Assembly (NCBI RefSeq): GCF_003248965.1
Contig: NZ_QFQU01000013.1
Origin: Brevundimonas sp.
GTDB lineage: Bacteria > Pseudomonadota > Alphaproteobacteria > Caulobacterales > Caulobacteraceae
Length of the DNA: 64,000 nucleotides
Strand: one strand, 5' to 3'
Part shown: positions 10,500 to 19,313 of the stretch, piece by piece
Layout of the letters: the number at the start of each line of letters is the position of its first letter
How positions within the stretch are numbered: the first letter of the stretch is position 1
Translations under genes and position numbers: made by a program
The notes under the pieces: generated by a model
The model's database searches: none
Told to the model about the DNA's origin: nothing
The model's input: the letters and a program-made list of their open reading frames with translations, nothing else

Positions 10500-10799
10500 T
10501 CAGAGGCCGACGTCCCAGACCCCCGCGTCGCGCATCCGGCTCTCGCGGGCCTCCTCGGCGCGGCCGCCCATCTCCTTGGCCATGCCGCGGATCGCGGTCG
10601 AGACGGTGGCCTTGTGCACTCCCGGGACGACGGCATGGGCGAAGGCGGCGCAGGCCAGGCCCAACAGCTTGAACCCGAACGCCGAAGAGGCGGCCATATG
10701 TTCCAGATAGGTCTCGTCCACCTCGCGCGGGTGATCACGGAACAGGCGGTCGAAGGTCGAGGAGCGGGCGCGCGCGCTGTCCATCGTCGTCTGGCTCAT
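10500..10799 (-). CDS. DUF6356-like small protein
   Basis: LFRDHPREVDETYLEHM...HAVVPG pattern; start MSQTTM. Confidence 0.7.
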   Translation of the reverse strand: MSQTTMDSARARSSTFDRLFRDHPREVDETYLEHMAASSAFGFKLLGLACAAFAHAVVPGVHKATVSTAIRGMAKEMGGRAEEARESRMRDAGVWDVGL

Positions 10800-10938
10800 G
10801 CGAGGGGCTCCAAAACAGAATGACCTGACCCCATGGTCTCGCGCGGGCGGCCTTTTCGCAAGGGCCAATCCCCCAAATCACCCCATCGTCAGACGCCCGT
10901 TCTCGCGCTAGGCTCGCGGTTCGAGCAAGGAACCGCCC

Positions 10939-12315
10939 ATGCCAATCCGCCTCAAGGCCGTGTCGTCCCTCGCCGTCGCCTTCGCCGTCTTCGGCGCGAC
11001 GGCGGCCCCTCAAGCGGCTCTGGCCCTGGCCCCCGCCGCCACTCGCAGCGGTCCGCCCGCCAACGCCCTGCCCTATGACGCGCGACGCGGCGTGTTCAGC
11101 TTCGCCCCCGATCTGGAAGGCTCCTTGCCGGCGGTGGTCCAGGTCACGACCCTGGGCCAGTCGCGCGGCCCCAGTTCCGACGCCGCCGATCCCAAGCCCT
11201 ACGCCTCGGGCTCGGGCGTCATCGTCGATGCGGCGCAGGGCATACTGATCACCAACAATCACGTGGTCGAGGGCGGGCGCAAGTTCACCATCGACCTGAC
11301 CGACGGCCGCCTGTTCAACGCCACCCTGATCGGCGCGGACAAGGCCACCGACATCGCCGTGCTGAAGATCACGCCGGACGGACGCCCGCTGAACCTGAAA
11401 CAGGTGCAGACGGTGGATTCGGACACCCTGCGCACCGGCGATCTGGCCTTCGCCGTCGGCTACCCGCTGGGTCTGGACCAGACCCTGACCATGGGCGTCG
11501 TCTCGGGCCTGAACCGTTCGGGCCTGGGCGATGCGGTCGAGGACTACATCCAGACAGACGCGGCCGTGAACTCGGGCAACTCCGGCGGGCCGCTGCTGGA
11601 CAGCCGGGGCCGGCTGATCGGCATCAACACCTCCATCCTGTCGGGCGGCATGGGCGGCGGCAACGACGGCATCGCCTTCGCTGTGCCGACCCGCATCATG
11701 CTCTATGTCGCCGACCAGATCCGCAAATACGGCGAGGTCAAGCGCGGCGAGACCGGCGCCGTCTTCGGTTCGCTCAGCGCCAAGCGGGCGCGCGAACTGG
11801 GCCTGGGCATCGTGCGCGGCGCCGTGGTCGCGGACGTGGCGCCCGGCTCTCCGGCCGAGCGGGCCGGCCTGCGCCTCGACGACGTCATCACCCGCATCCA
11901 GGGCCGTCCCGTGGCCAACGCCGGCGCCATCAACGCCACGGTCGGCATCGCCGCCCCCGGTTCGACCCTGGACCTGATCTATCTGCGCGACGGGCGCGAG
12001 CGGACGACCGCCCTGGCGGTGGAGACGCCCCAGACCCAACCGATCATCCTCGGGGCCTCGGCCGCCATCGCCTATGGCGCGACCCTGCGCGACCAGGACG
12101 GCGCGGTGCAGTTGACGGCCGTAGAGGCAGGATCGCCCGCGGCCCAGGCGGGACTGACGGCCGGCGACCTGATCACCGCCGTGGACGGCCGGACGACGAC
12201 GGACGCCGCCGCCGTGGTCGCAGCCCTGCGGGCGGGGACCGGCGCGGTCGATCTGACGGTGATGCGCAATGGCGAGCCCCAGAAGCTGACGCTGCAGCCG
12301 CCCTCGGCGTTCTAG
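10939..12315 (+). CDS. DegP/HtrA-like serine protease with two PDZ domains
   Basis: SGSGVIV, TNNHVV, TDIAVL, QTDAAVNSGNSGGPL; two PDZ-like segments; signal peptide. Confidence 0.92.
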   Translation: MPIRLKAVSSLAVAFAVFGATAAPQAALALAPAATRSGPPANALPYDARRGVFSFAPDLEGSLPAVVQVTTLGQSRGPSSDAADPKPYASGSGVIVDAAQGILITNNHVVEGGRKFTIDLTDGRLFNATLIGADKATDIAVLKITPDGRPLNLKQVQTVDSDTLRTGDLAFAVGYPLGLDQTLTMGVVSGLNRSGLGDAVEDYIQTDAAVNSGNSGGPLLDSRGRLIGINTSILSGGMGGGNDGIAFAVPTRIMLYVADQIRKYGEVKRGETGAVFGSLSAKRARELGLGIVRGAVVADVAPGSPAERAGLRLDDVITRIQGRPVANAGAINATVGIAAPGSTLDLIYLRDGRERTTALAVETPQTQPIILGASAAIAYGATLRDQDGAVQLTAVEAGSPAAQAGLTAGDLITAVDGRTTTDAAAVVAALRAGTGAVDLTVMRNGEPQKLTLQPPSAF

Positions 12316-12327
12316 CCGACCTCCAGA

Positions 12328-12500
12328 CAGCGAAACGCCCGCCTTGCCTTGGAGGGGGAGGGGAACGGCAGGGCGGGCGCTCGCTTGGAGGAAGCATCGG
12401 CCGCCGGAGCCCTTTTTACTGGAAACATCCAGGGGGGCTGGGGGGGCTGTTCAGGTTCCGGACGCTTCCGAACTCCGACGAGCCGATGATCCCTGTTTCA
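12328..12500 (-). ncRNA. candidate structured small RNA with C-rich loops
   Basis: Non-coding gap with several hairpins on - strand: AGCCCCCCTGGA..TCCAG..GGGCT, GCTT-CCTCC-AAGC and CGCCCGCCCTGCC-GTTCCCCTCCCCCTCCAA-GGCAAGGCGGGCG-TTT; ends and strand uncertain. Confidence 0.5.
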
Positions 12501-12603
12501 CCGCCCAAGCGGGCGGGCGAAGGACGGAATCGAGGCCATTTGGTGTTCCGCACGCTTTTTCGCCGGCCCTGGCGCTGGCGACGCCGTCGCCTAAGTTGAA
12601 GCC

Positions 12604-12939
12604 ATGAGCACGACCCCGCACGACGCGGCGCCGCAAGCCGGCCCCGTCTTCTTCGACCGACGCGAACTGGACGCCGTGCTTCGTGTCTATGGCCGCATGG
12701 TCGCCCAGGGCGAATGGCGCGATTACGCCGTGGTCGGGCACAGGGACTTCGCCGAATTCGCCGTCTCCCGCCGTTCGGGCGACGCCCCGGCCTATCGCAT
12801 CGAAAAGCGCCCGGCGCTGCAGAACCGTCAGGGCCAGTGGGCCGTCATCGGCGAAGGCGGCCAGATCCTGCGTCGCGGTCGCGACCTGGCCCAGGTGCTT
12901 CGGGTGTTCGACGGGCGAAGATTTCAGGTGGTGGATTAG
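12604..12939 (+). CDS. DUF2794 domain protein
   Basis: FFDRREL..LRVYGRMVAQGEWRDYA, YRIEKRPAL, GQILRRGRDLAQVL. Confidence 0.85.
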   Translation: MSTTPHDAAPQAGPVFFDRRELDAVLRVYGRMVAQGEWRDYAVVGHRDFAEFAVSRRSGDAPAYRIEKRPALQNRQGQWAVIGEGGQILRRGRDLAQVLRVFDGRRFQVVD

Positions 12940-12940
12940 G

Positions 12941-13744
12941 TCAGCGACGCGCGGACGGCGTCACTTCGCGGATGCGTGCGCCTTGCACTTCCCAAATCTT
13001 GTCGCCCGCCATCGCATAGATCGGCAGCCGGTTAAGCAGCGACAGGTAGACGTGAACCTCCAACGGCTGAGGTGCGACGACGATGTTTGTCACCAGGCCC
13101 ACCGTCTGCCCGCCCCGCTGCGCCTGACTACGGTCCATGTCGAGACAGCCGCCGGACAGCTGCTCGCGCTTTTCGACCGTTTGGCCGTCCGCGCTGATGT
13201 GGAATCGATAGTGTCCGCCCATCGGCACGACGTTCGCCTGGGTGGTGGACGCCAGCAGCCACACCAGCCATCCCGATCCTTCGGGATCCTTGAGCATCAC
13301 CGCGTTGTATCGCGCCGCGCAACGCAGCGGGCCGATGGCCTGGGCGGCGGTGTTGCGCGCCGCGAACTGCGCGATTTCATCCACCGACAGCGCAGGTTCC
13401 GCGACGTCGATGACAGGGCCGGCCTTGAGCTGGGAATCGATCACCACGTCCTTGAAGGCTTGCGGCGCCGAGATTTCGCCGGACAGGAAGCGGACGCGCT
13501 GGCCGTCCCCCTCGGGGATGACGATCCAACCGATCAGACCCTGCGGCGGCTGGCCGCCCGAGGCCGCCAGAAGGGCGTCGGTGGCGCGGGCCGCGGCCAC
13601 ATCCTGACGCCATATCGCCGTCCCTAGACGCCCTGTTTCAGAAATCGAGAAGGCTTGGACCTGGGCGGGGCGTTCCTGCGCCACGGCCGATGCGGTCCAC
13701 AGAAACGATACGGCGAACAGCCATGCGAATGTGCGACGGATCAT
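12941..13744 (-). CDS. hypothetical exported protein
   Basis: Signal-peptide-like MIRRTFAWLFAVSFLWTASAVAQ; uninterrupted ORF; VPMGGHYRF and PLEVHVYLSL motifs of unknown family. Confidence 0.65.
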   Translation of the reverse strand: MIRRTFAWLFAVSFLWTASAVAQERPAQVQAFSISETGRLGTAIWRQDVAAARATDALLAASGGQPPQGLIGWIVIPEGDGQRVRFLSGEISAPQAFKDVVIDSQLKAGPVIDVAEPALSVDEIAQFAARNTAAQAIGPLRCAARYNAVMLKDPEGSGWLVWLLASTTQANVVPMGGHYRFHISADGQTVEKREQLSGGCLDMDRSQAQRGGQTVGLVTNIVVAPQPLEVHVYLSLLNRLPIYAMAGDKIWEVQGARIREVTPSARR

Positions 13745-13817
13745 TCCGCAAACTCCCCTCAAGACATTTGGCGAGAGTGGCACACAACCCTCGCGCCGCA
13801 TAACCCTCACCCAAAAG

Positions 13818-13842
13818 AAAGGGCCCCTGAAGGGGCCCTTTC
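13818..13842 (-). terminator. rho-independent terminator after the BI-1/YccA gene
   Basis: AAAGGGCCCC-TTCA-GGGGCCCTTT followed by CTTTT on - strand. Confidence 0.75.
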
Positions 13843-13865
13843 CGCGTCTGTCTTTAGGACCGTGC

Positions 13866-14615
13866 TTAGTTCCGGTTGCCGCCCATGAAGGCCAGCAGGA
13901 ATTGGAACAGGTTCACGAAGTTGATGAACAGGCTCAGCGCGCCGAAGCCGGTGGCCACGCCCATGGCGTTCTGGTCGCCGCCCAAGGCGTAGTAGGTCAT
14001 CTTCAGACGCTGGGTGTCATAGGCGATCAGGCCTGAGAAGATCAGCACGCCCAGGCCGGAGATGATCAGGTAAAAGACCCCAGACTGCATGAACATGTTG
14101 ACGATCGAGGCGATGATCAGGCCGATCACCCCCATGATCAGGAAGGTGCCCATGCCCGTCAGGTCCTTCTTGGTGGTGTAACCCACCAGGCTAAGCCCGC
14201 CGAAGGCTGCCGCCGTCACCAGGAAGGTGGTGGCCAGCGAACCGCCTGTATAGCGCAGGAACAGCACGCCCAGACCCGCGCCGATGGTGGCGACCACGGC
14301 CCAGTAGAGCAGGTTCACGCTCTTGGCCGTCGGGTTCTTCATGAAGAACATCGAGCCGAACAGCATCACCAGCGGCGAAAACTGGACGATCATGCCCAGC
14401 ACCGTCAGACCGAAACGGCCGTCGTTGCCCTGGACGTAAAGAAGTTGCTTCACAGGCTCGACGTTGCCGGTGACGTAGGCCAGGGCGCCAGCGACCACCA
14501 GGCCCAGAGCCAGCTTGTTGTAGACGCCCAGCATGAAGCTGCGCAGGCCGGCGTCGACCGACATGTCGGCCGTCTGCGGCAGAGGACGGGCGTAGCCGTT
14601 GTTGAAATCGCTCAT
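13866..14615 (-). CDS. Bax inhibitor-1/YccA family membrane protein
   Basis: DAGLRSFMLGVY, GYTTKKDL, AYDTQRLK, GALSLFINFVNLF; about 7 TM. Confidence 0.92.
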   Translation of the reverse strand: MSDFNNGYARPLPQTADMSVDAGLRSFMLGVYNKLALGLVVAGALAYVTGNVEPVKQLLYVQGNDGRFGLTVLGMIVQFSPLVMLFGSMFFMKNPTAKSVNLLYWAVVATIGAGLGVLFLRYTGGSLATTFLVTAAAFGGLSLVGYTTKKDLTGMGTFLIMGVIGLIIASIVNMFMQSGVFYLIISGLGVLIFSGLIAYDTQRLKMTYYALGGDQNAMGVATGFGALSLFINFVNLFQFLLAFMGGNRN

Positions 14616-14745
14616 GGCGACGAACTTTCTCCCATTGGCCGGAGAGGCGTCTCCGGTCATCGGCCTCGAATATCGTGAGCCGGGGCCGTCTCTGCAAGGA
14701 AAACCGGGCTTGGAGCGACCCGTTCCCACCGCTACCTTCCGTCGC

Positions 14746-15285
14746 ATGGTTCGCTTGTTCGCCGCCCTGACCCTGCCGTTCGACGTCGGCGAGACCCTGA
14801 AGCGTCGTCAATCCGGCCTGCCGGGCGCACGCTGGCGACCGCTGGACGCCTTGCACGTCACCCTGGCCTTCTACGGCGAGATGGACGAGCGGCGCGCCGA
14901 CGACCTGGCGTCCGAGTTGTCGCGCGTCGCCGGCGAACCGTTCGAGATCGCGCTGAAGGGGGTGGGCGCCTTCGGCGACAACCACCGCAGCCACACCCTC
15001 TGGGCCGGGGTCGAGACCCCGAACGACCGCCTGTCGGTCCTGGCCGGCCGCTGCAGGGCGGCGGGCCAGCGCGCGGGTGTTGCTATGGAGGCGCGCGATT
15101 ATCGGCCCCACGTCACCCTGGCCTATCTGAAGCCCCAGACGAACCCGGACCGCATCGGCGCCTGGATGGCGGGGCACAATCTGCTGCATTCCCCGCCGAT
15201 CCGCATCGACCGCTTCGGCCTCTATTCCAGCGTCCTGACCGACGACGGCAGCCAGTATGCGCTGGAGCGGGAGTATCTGCTGTGA
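14746..15285 (+). CDS. thpR: RNA 2',3'-cyclic phosphodiesterase (2H family)
   Basis: MVRLFAAL start; two HxT motifs (LHVTLAF, PHVTLAY). Confidence 0.9.
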   Translation: MVRLFAALTLPFDVGETLKRRQSGLPGARWRPLDALHVTLAFYGEMDERRADDLASELSRVAGEPFEIALKGVGAFGDNHRSHTLWAGVETPNDRLSVLAGRCRAAGQRAGVAMEARDYRPHVTLAYLKPQTNPDRIGAWMAGHNLLHSPPIRIDRFGLYSSVLTDDGSQYALEREYLL

Positions 15286-15875
15286 CCGCCGCCTCCGACG
15301 CCTACGCCGTCTCGCCTCACCTCGTCCTGGGTCCGACGCTTCTGACCGAACGTCTGATACTGCGCCCGCCGGCGGTCGAGGACTTCCCCCGCTGGGCCGA
15401 CTTCATGGCCGATCCGGAGACCACGCGCTTCATCGGCGGGGTCCAGGCCCCGGCCCAGACCTGGCGGCTGATCTGCACCGTCGCCGGCATGTGGGCCCTG
15501 ACCGGGGAAGGCATGTTCTCGATCCTGGAAAGGTCCACCGGCCTGTGGGTCGGACGGATCGGCCCGCTGCATCCCTACGGCTGGCCCGGCCGTGAGGTCG
15601 GCTGGAGCCTGCATCGCGATGCGACGGGCAAGGGCTATGCGGTCGAGGCGGCGGCGGCGGCGATGAACTACGCCTTCGACGTCCTGGGTTGGGACGACGT
15701 CATTCACTGCATCGATCCCGACAATCTGGCCTCGGCCGCCGTGGCGCGGCGGTTGGGCTCGGTCAACCGCGGACCGGGTCTGCTGCCCGAACCTTTCCAG
15801 GACCACGCCGTCGATCTGTGGGGCCAGACCCGCGCCGACTGGGCCAAAAACCGCACGCGTTTGAACGCGCCCTAG
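15282..15875 (+). CDS. GNAT (RimJ/RimL-like) N-acetyltransferase
   Basis: TERLILR, EVGWSL, GKGYAVEA, IDPDNLASAAVARRLG; GTGA overlap with thpR. Confidence 0.88.
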   Translation: MTAASDAYAVSPHLVLGPTLLTERLILRPPAVEDFPRWADFMADPETTRFIGGVQAPAQTWRLICTVAGMWALTGEGMFSILERSTGLWVGRIGPLHPYGWPGREVGWSLHRDATGKGYAVEAAAAAMNYAFDVLGWDDVIHCIDPDNLASAAVARRLGSVNRGPGLLPEPFQDHAVDLWGQTRADWAKNRTRLNAP

Positions 15876-15929
15876 CAGGCTTCAGGCGAAAACCGGTCCG
15901 CTCCACAGGCCGGGCGGCCAAGGCGGCGC

Positions 15930-15958
15930 TTGCGGGCGGAACGGATCCGGAACATAAG
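15930..15958 (+). promoter_or_regulatory. alphaproteobacterial LexA (SOS) box overlapping the mmcB promoter
   Basis: GAAC-GGATCCG-GAAC at 15939-15953 (= GTTC-N7-GTTC) between TTGCGG (-35) and CATAAG (-10) with 17-nt spacing. Confidence 0.8.
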
Positions 15959-15966
15959 CTGTTCCC

Positions 15967-16410
15967 ATGTCCGCCGCTATCGCTCTGGAACTGGTCTTCA
16001 GCCGCCCCGAAACCACCCTGTCGGTCACGCGCGGGGCGGCGCGGCTGATGCTGGATATGGGTTATGCGCCGTTGTTGGAAGTCTGCTTGCCCAACGGCCG
16101 CCGCGCCGATGTCATGGCCCTGGGGCCCAAGGGCGACATCGTCATCTGCGAGGTGAAATCCGGACTGGACGACTATCGCGTCGATCGCAAATGGCCCGAA
16201 TACGCCCCCTTCTGCGACGCCTTCTACTTCGCCGTGGCGCCTGAATTTCCGCAAGGAATCCTGCCGGAAGAACCGGGCCTGATCGTCGCCGACGCCTTCG
16301 GCGGGGCGGTGGTGCGCGACGCGCCTGTCACGCCGCTGGCCCCGGCGCGGCGCAAGGCCCTGACCCTGGCCTTCGCCCGACTGGGGGCGCTGCGCACGAT
16401 GCGCGACTGA
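15967..16410 (+). CDS. mmcB: DNA repair putative endonuclease MmcB (DUF2161/PD-(D/E)XK type)
   Basis: LPNGRRADVMAL, ICEVKSG, DRKWPEY..FCDAFYFA, GLIVADAFGG. Confidence 0.9.
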   Translation: MSAAIALELVFSRPETTLSVTRGAARLMLDMGYAPLLEVCLPNGRRADVMALGPKGDIVICEVKSGLDDYRVDRKWPEYAPFCDAFYFAVAPEFPQGILPEEPGLIVADAFGGAVVRDAPVTPLAPARRKALTLAFARLGALRTMRD

Positions 16411-16414
16411 TCCG

Positions 16415-17200
16415 TCAGAGGCGACGGAAGACGGCCGGTGCGAAACCCTCGGCGACCAGACGCGTCTCGACCTCGGCCAGGGTTTCGATCACCACCCCCT
16501 TGCCGCCGGTCGCGTGGATGATGCGCGCATCGTCGAGCATCAAGGCCGAATGACCCGTCCAGTCGTGATCGCCGCGCGGCGCCAGCCAGACGACGATGTC
16601 TCCGCGCTTCAAGACGCCGTCCGTCACCGCCCGACCCAGTTGGGCCTGAGCGTCCGACCGGCGCGGCCCCGCCCGACCGCAGGCCAGGAGCGCCTGTTGC
16701 ACCAGGCCCGAACAGTCGGTGGAGATGGAAGATCGCGCGCCCAGTTCGTGCGGCCGGCCCAGCAGCCGCTCAGCTACCGCGACCAGGTCCGTCTCGAAAG
16801 CGCCGACGGGGCTAAGATCGGCCGCCTCCACGCCTTCGGCGTCGTCGATGACCAGGGCGTTCAAAGGCAGGGCCGCGTCGACGGCCGAAACCCGACGGGT
16901 CGCCAGCGGCGCGCCGGGCGAAAGGCTGTCCAGCACGACCCAGCCCACCACGCCGTCGCGGCGCGCCCGGCCCCAGGCGCGGCCGTCGGCCCGGTCCAGA
17001 ACATCGAAAACCTCCCCATGCAGCAGCTGATCGATGCGCTGGTCGGCGTTGGACAGGATGTCGGCGACGGCGACGCGGCAATGCATCGCCTCGGTCCTGC
17101 GATAGGCCGACGCACGCACCAACCCTTCCAGCGCCTGTTCCGCCAGGTCCGGTCTGGCGAGCCGCTCGCCGGGCGCAAGAAGATCGAGGACGTCGCTCAA
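16415..17200 (-). CDS. NlpC/P60 (C40) family cell-wall peptidase with SH3-like N-terminus
   Basis: QLLHGEVFDVL..GWV; DCSGLVQ (Cys), GHSAL (His), IIHA. Confidence 0.85.
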   Translation of the reverse strand: MSDVLDLLAPGERLARPDLAEQALEGLVRASAYRRTEAMHCRVAVADILSNADQRIDQLLHGEVFDVLDRADGRAWGRARRDGVVGWVVLDSLSPGAPLATRRVSAVDAALPLNALVIDDAEGVEAADLSPVGAFETDLVAVAERLLGRPHELGARSSISTDCSGLVQQALLACGRAGPRRSDAQAQLGRAVTDGVLKRGDIVVWLAPRGDHDWTGHSALMLDDARIIHATGGKGVVIETLAEVETRLVAEGFAPAVFRRL

Positions 17201-17360
17201 ACTTGGACTCGCGTTACTGAACCCCCAGCCTTAGCCAAGGAAGGCGAACCGCCCGTTAACGCCGCCCCTTTTCCCGAAGAAAATCAGCCGAACGCCGTTC
17301 TTGACGCTTGTCGTTCATGGCGGATCACCTATGTCCTCCGCAGGGCCCGGCGGTCCGAAA

Positions 17361-17842
17361 ATGAGGATCCTGCCTGTGCGGTTGATTTCGGTCTTGCTCA
17401 TTGGTTTCGGCCTGACCGCTTGCGACCAGGGGCCCGTGGGCCGGTTTCTGCGCCGTCGACTGGTCGAGACGCCTGCTCGCCTGTTGTCGAACCTGTCGCG
17501 CGGTCAGCTCCTGGGACTGACCCTGGTCCTGCTTCTGGGCGGGGCCGCCGCGTTTCTTTTCGAGGCGAGGGTCTCAGACTGTTCTCCATGGCGGCGTCGG
17601 AGCTGACGACCTGGGTCATGGTGTTCGACGTGACCGTCGTCTTCGACATGGCCGTATTGACCCTGACGCTGCAGGCCGTCGCACGCGGACGCGACCTGAA
17701 CCGCACCCTGCGCCGCGTGTGTCAAACGGTCGCGGCGCGCAGTTCCGCAGTCGGACGACGACGGCGAACGCGTCGACGCCGTAAGCCCCGCGCGCCCCGC
17801 CCTGACGCCGACGACGCCGGACCGGGCCTCGTCTTCGCCTGA
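17361..17842 (+). pseudogene. small membrane protein split by a 1-nt frameshift near 17565 (or sequencing error)
   Basis: Frame A MRILPV...AAAFLFE continues in frame B as GEGLRLFSMAASELTTWVMVFDV...GLVFA*; adding one base gives about 160 aa with continuous TM character. Confidence 0.55.
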
Positions 17843-17844
17843 AC

Positions 17845-19230
17845 TCAACCGGCGTAGCGTCGCTTCAGCATGGCGTAGCAGGCGCGCAGGGCTTGCGCCT
17901 CGCCGCCCTCGGGGAAACCGGGGCGGGCGCGCGGGTTCCAGGCGAAGATGTCCATATGGGCCCAGACGCCCGTGGTCGGCGCGAACTTTTGCAGGAACAG
18001 GGCCGCCGTCACCGATCCGGCCTGAGCCCAGGCCGAGGAGTCGTTCTTCATGTCCGCGATCTCGGTGTCGAGCGCGGCGCGATAGCCGGGCCACAAGGGC
18101 ATCCGCCACAAGGGATCGCGCACCGCCACGGCGGCCGCCAGCAGATCGGCGGCCAGAGCCTCGTCGTCGGTATAAAGCGGCGGCAGATCCGGCCCCAGGG
18201 CGATCCGCGCCGCCCCGGTCAGGGTGGCGAAGTCCAGCGTCAGGTCGGGTTCATGCTCGCCCGCCCGCGTCAGGGCGTCGGCCAGGATCAGCCGGCCCTC
18301 GGCGTCCGTATTGCCGATCTCGATCGTCAGACCCTTGCGGCTGTTCAGGATGTCGCCGGGACGGAAGGCGTCGCCCGACACCGCATTCTCCACCGCCGCC
18401 ACGACGACGATCAGCCGCACCGGCAGGTCCGCCTGCATCACCAGCCGAGCCAGCGCCAGGGCGTGGGCCGAACCGCCCATGTCCTTCTTCATGTTGCGCA
18501 TGCCGGCGGCGGGCTTCAGGTCCAGCCCGCCGGTGTCGAACACCACCCCCTTGCCGACCAGGGCGACCAGCGGCAGGTCGGTGCGGTCCAGCTTCCAGCC
18601 GATCTCGATCAGGCGTGGCGCCCGGTGCGGAGCGGCGGCGCGGCCGACAGCGTGGACCGCGGGATAGTTCTCGTCCAGCAAGGCGTCGCCGGTCGTGACC
18701 GTGATCGCGGCGCCCGCGCTCTCGGCGATCTCGCGGGCGATGGTCTCGATCTGCAGCGGCCCCATGTCGGCCGCCGGCGTGTCCACCATTTCGCGCGCCA
18801 GGGCGCAGGCCGCGACGATGCGCGACGCCTCGGCCCCATCCATTCCGGCGGGCGCGACCAGCCGCACGGGCGCCGTCTCGGGCCGGGCCTTGTAACGGTC
18901 GAAGACATAGGTCCCTAAAAGGAAGGCCAGGGCCGCCTGGCCGGCCGCCTCCTCGTCGAGGTCCAGCCGGTAGAGGCCGCCCGGAAGTCGCGTCGACAGC
19001 CCCCGCACGCTCATGGGATCGAAGGCCGCCCCCGCGCCGACCAGCACCTGATCGACCCCGCCTTCGGCGTCCGGCACGACCAGAACCTGACCGGCCTTGC
19101 CCTCGAACCCGTTCAGCGCCGCCCACCGACCGGCCGCGCCCTCCAGCGCCTGGCCCGACGCCGCGACGCGGATGGGGACCGCCGTCTCCCCCGTATCGGC
19201 GGCGACCAGCAGCGGATGAAGCAAGGACAT
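17845..19230 (-). CDS. M17 leucyl aminopeptidase family protein
   Basis: VGKGVVFDTGGLDLK, MKKDMGG, NTDAEGRL, DFATLTGA. Confidence 0.95.
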   Translation of the reverse strand: MSLLHPLLVAADTGETAVPIRVAASGQALEGAAGRWAALNGFEGKAGQVLVVPDAEGGVDQVLVGAGAAFDPMSVRGLSTRLPGGLYRLDLDEEAAGQAALAFLLGTYVFDRYKARPETAPVRLVAPAGMDGAEASRIVAACALAREMVDTPAADMGPLQIETIAREIAESAGAAITVTTGDALLDENYPAVHAVGRAAAPHRAPRLIEIGWKLDRTDLPLVALVGKGVVFDTGGLDLKPAAGMRNMKKDMGGSAHALALARLVMQADLPVRLIVVVAAVENAVSGDAFRPGDILNSRKGLTIEIGNTDAEGRLILADALTRAGEHEPDLTLDFATLTGAARIALGPDLPPLYTDDEALAADLLAAAVAVRDPLWRMPLWPGYRAALDTEIADMKNDSSAWAQAGSVTAALFLQKFAPTTGVWAHMDIFAWNPRARPGFPEGGEAQALRACYAMLKRRYAG

Positions 19231-19249
19231 GACGGACCTCGAAACGCGG

Positions 19250-19265
19250 TTAACGATCGGTTGAC
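19250..19265. promoter_or_regulatory. CtrA-like binding site
   Basis: TTAA-CGATCGG-TTGAC, one mismatch to TTAA-N7-TTAAC, in the divergent gap before a TadD-like TPR gene. Confidence 0.5.
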
Positions 19266-19313
19266 GCGAACAGGCGATTCTAGGGGCGACCGAGGACCGT
19301 CTGGACCTGAACC

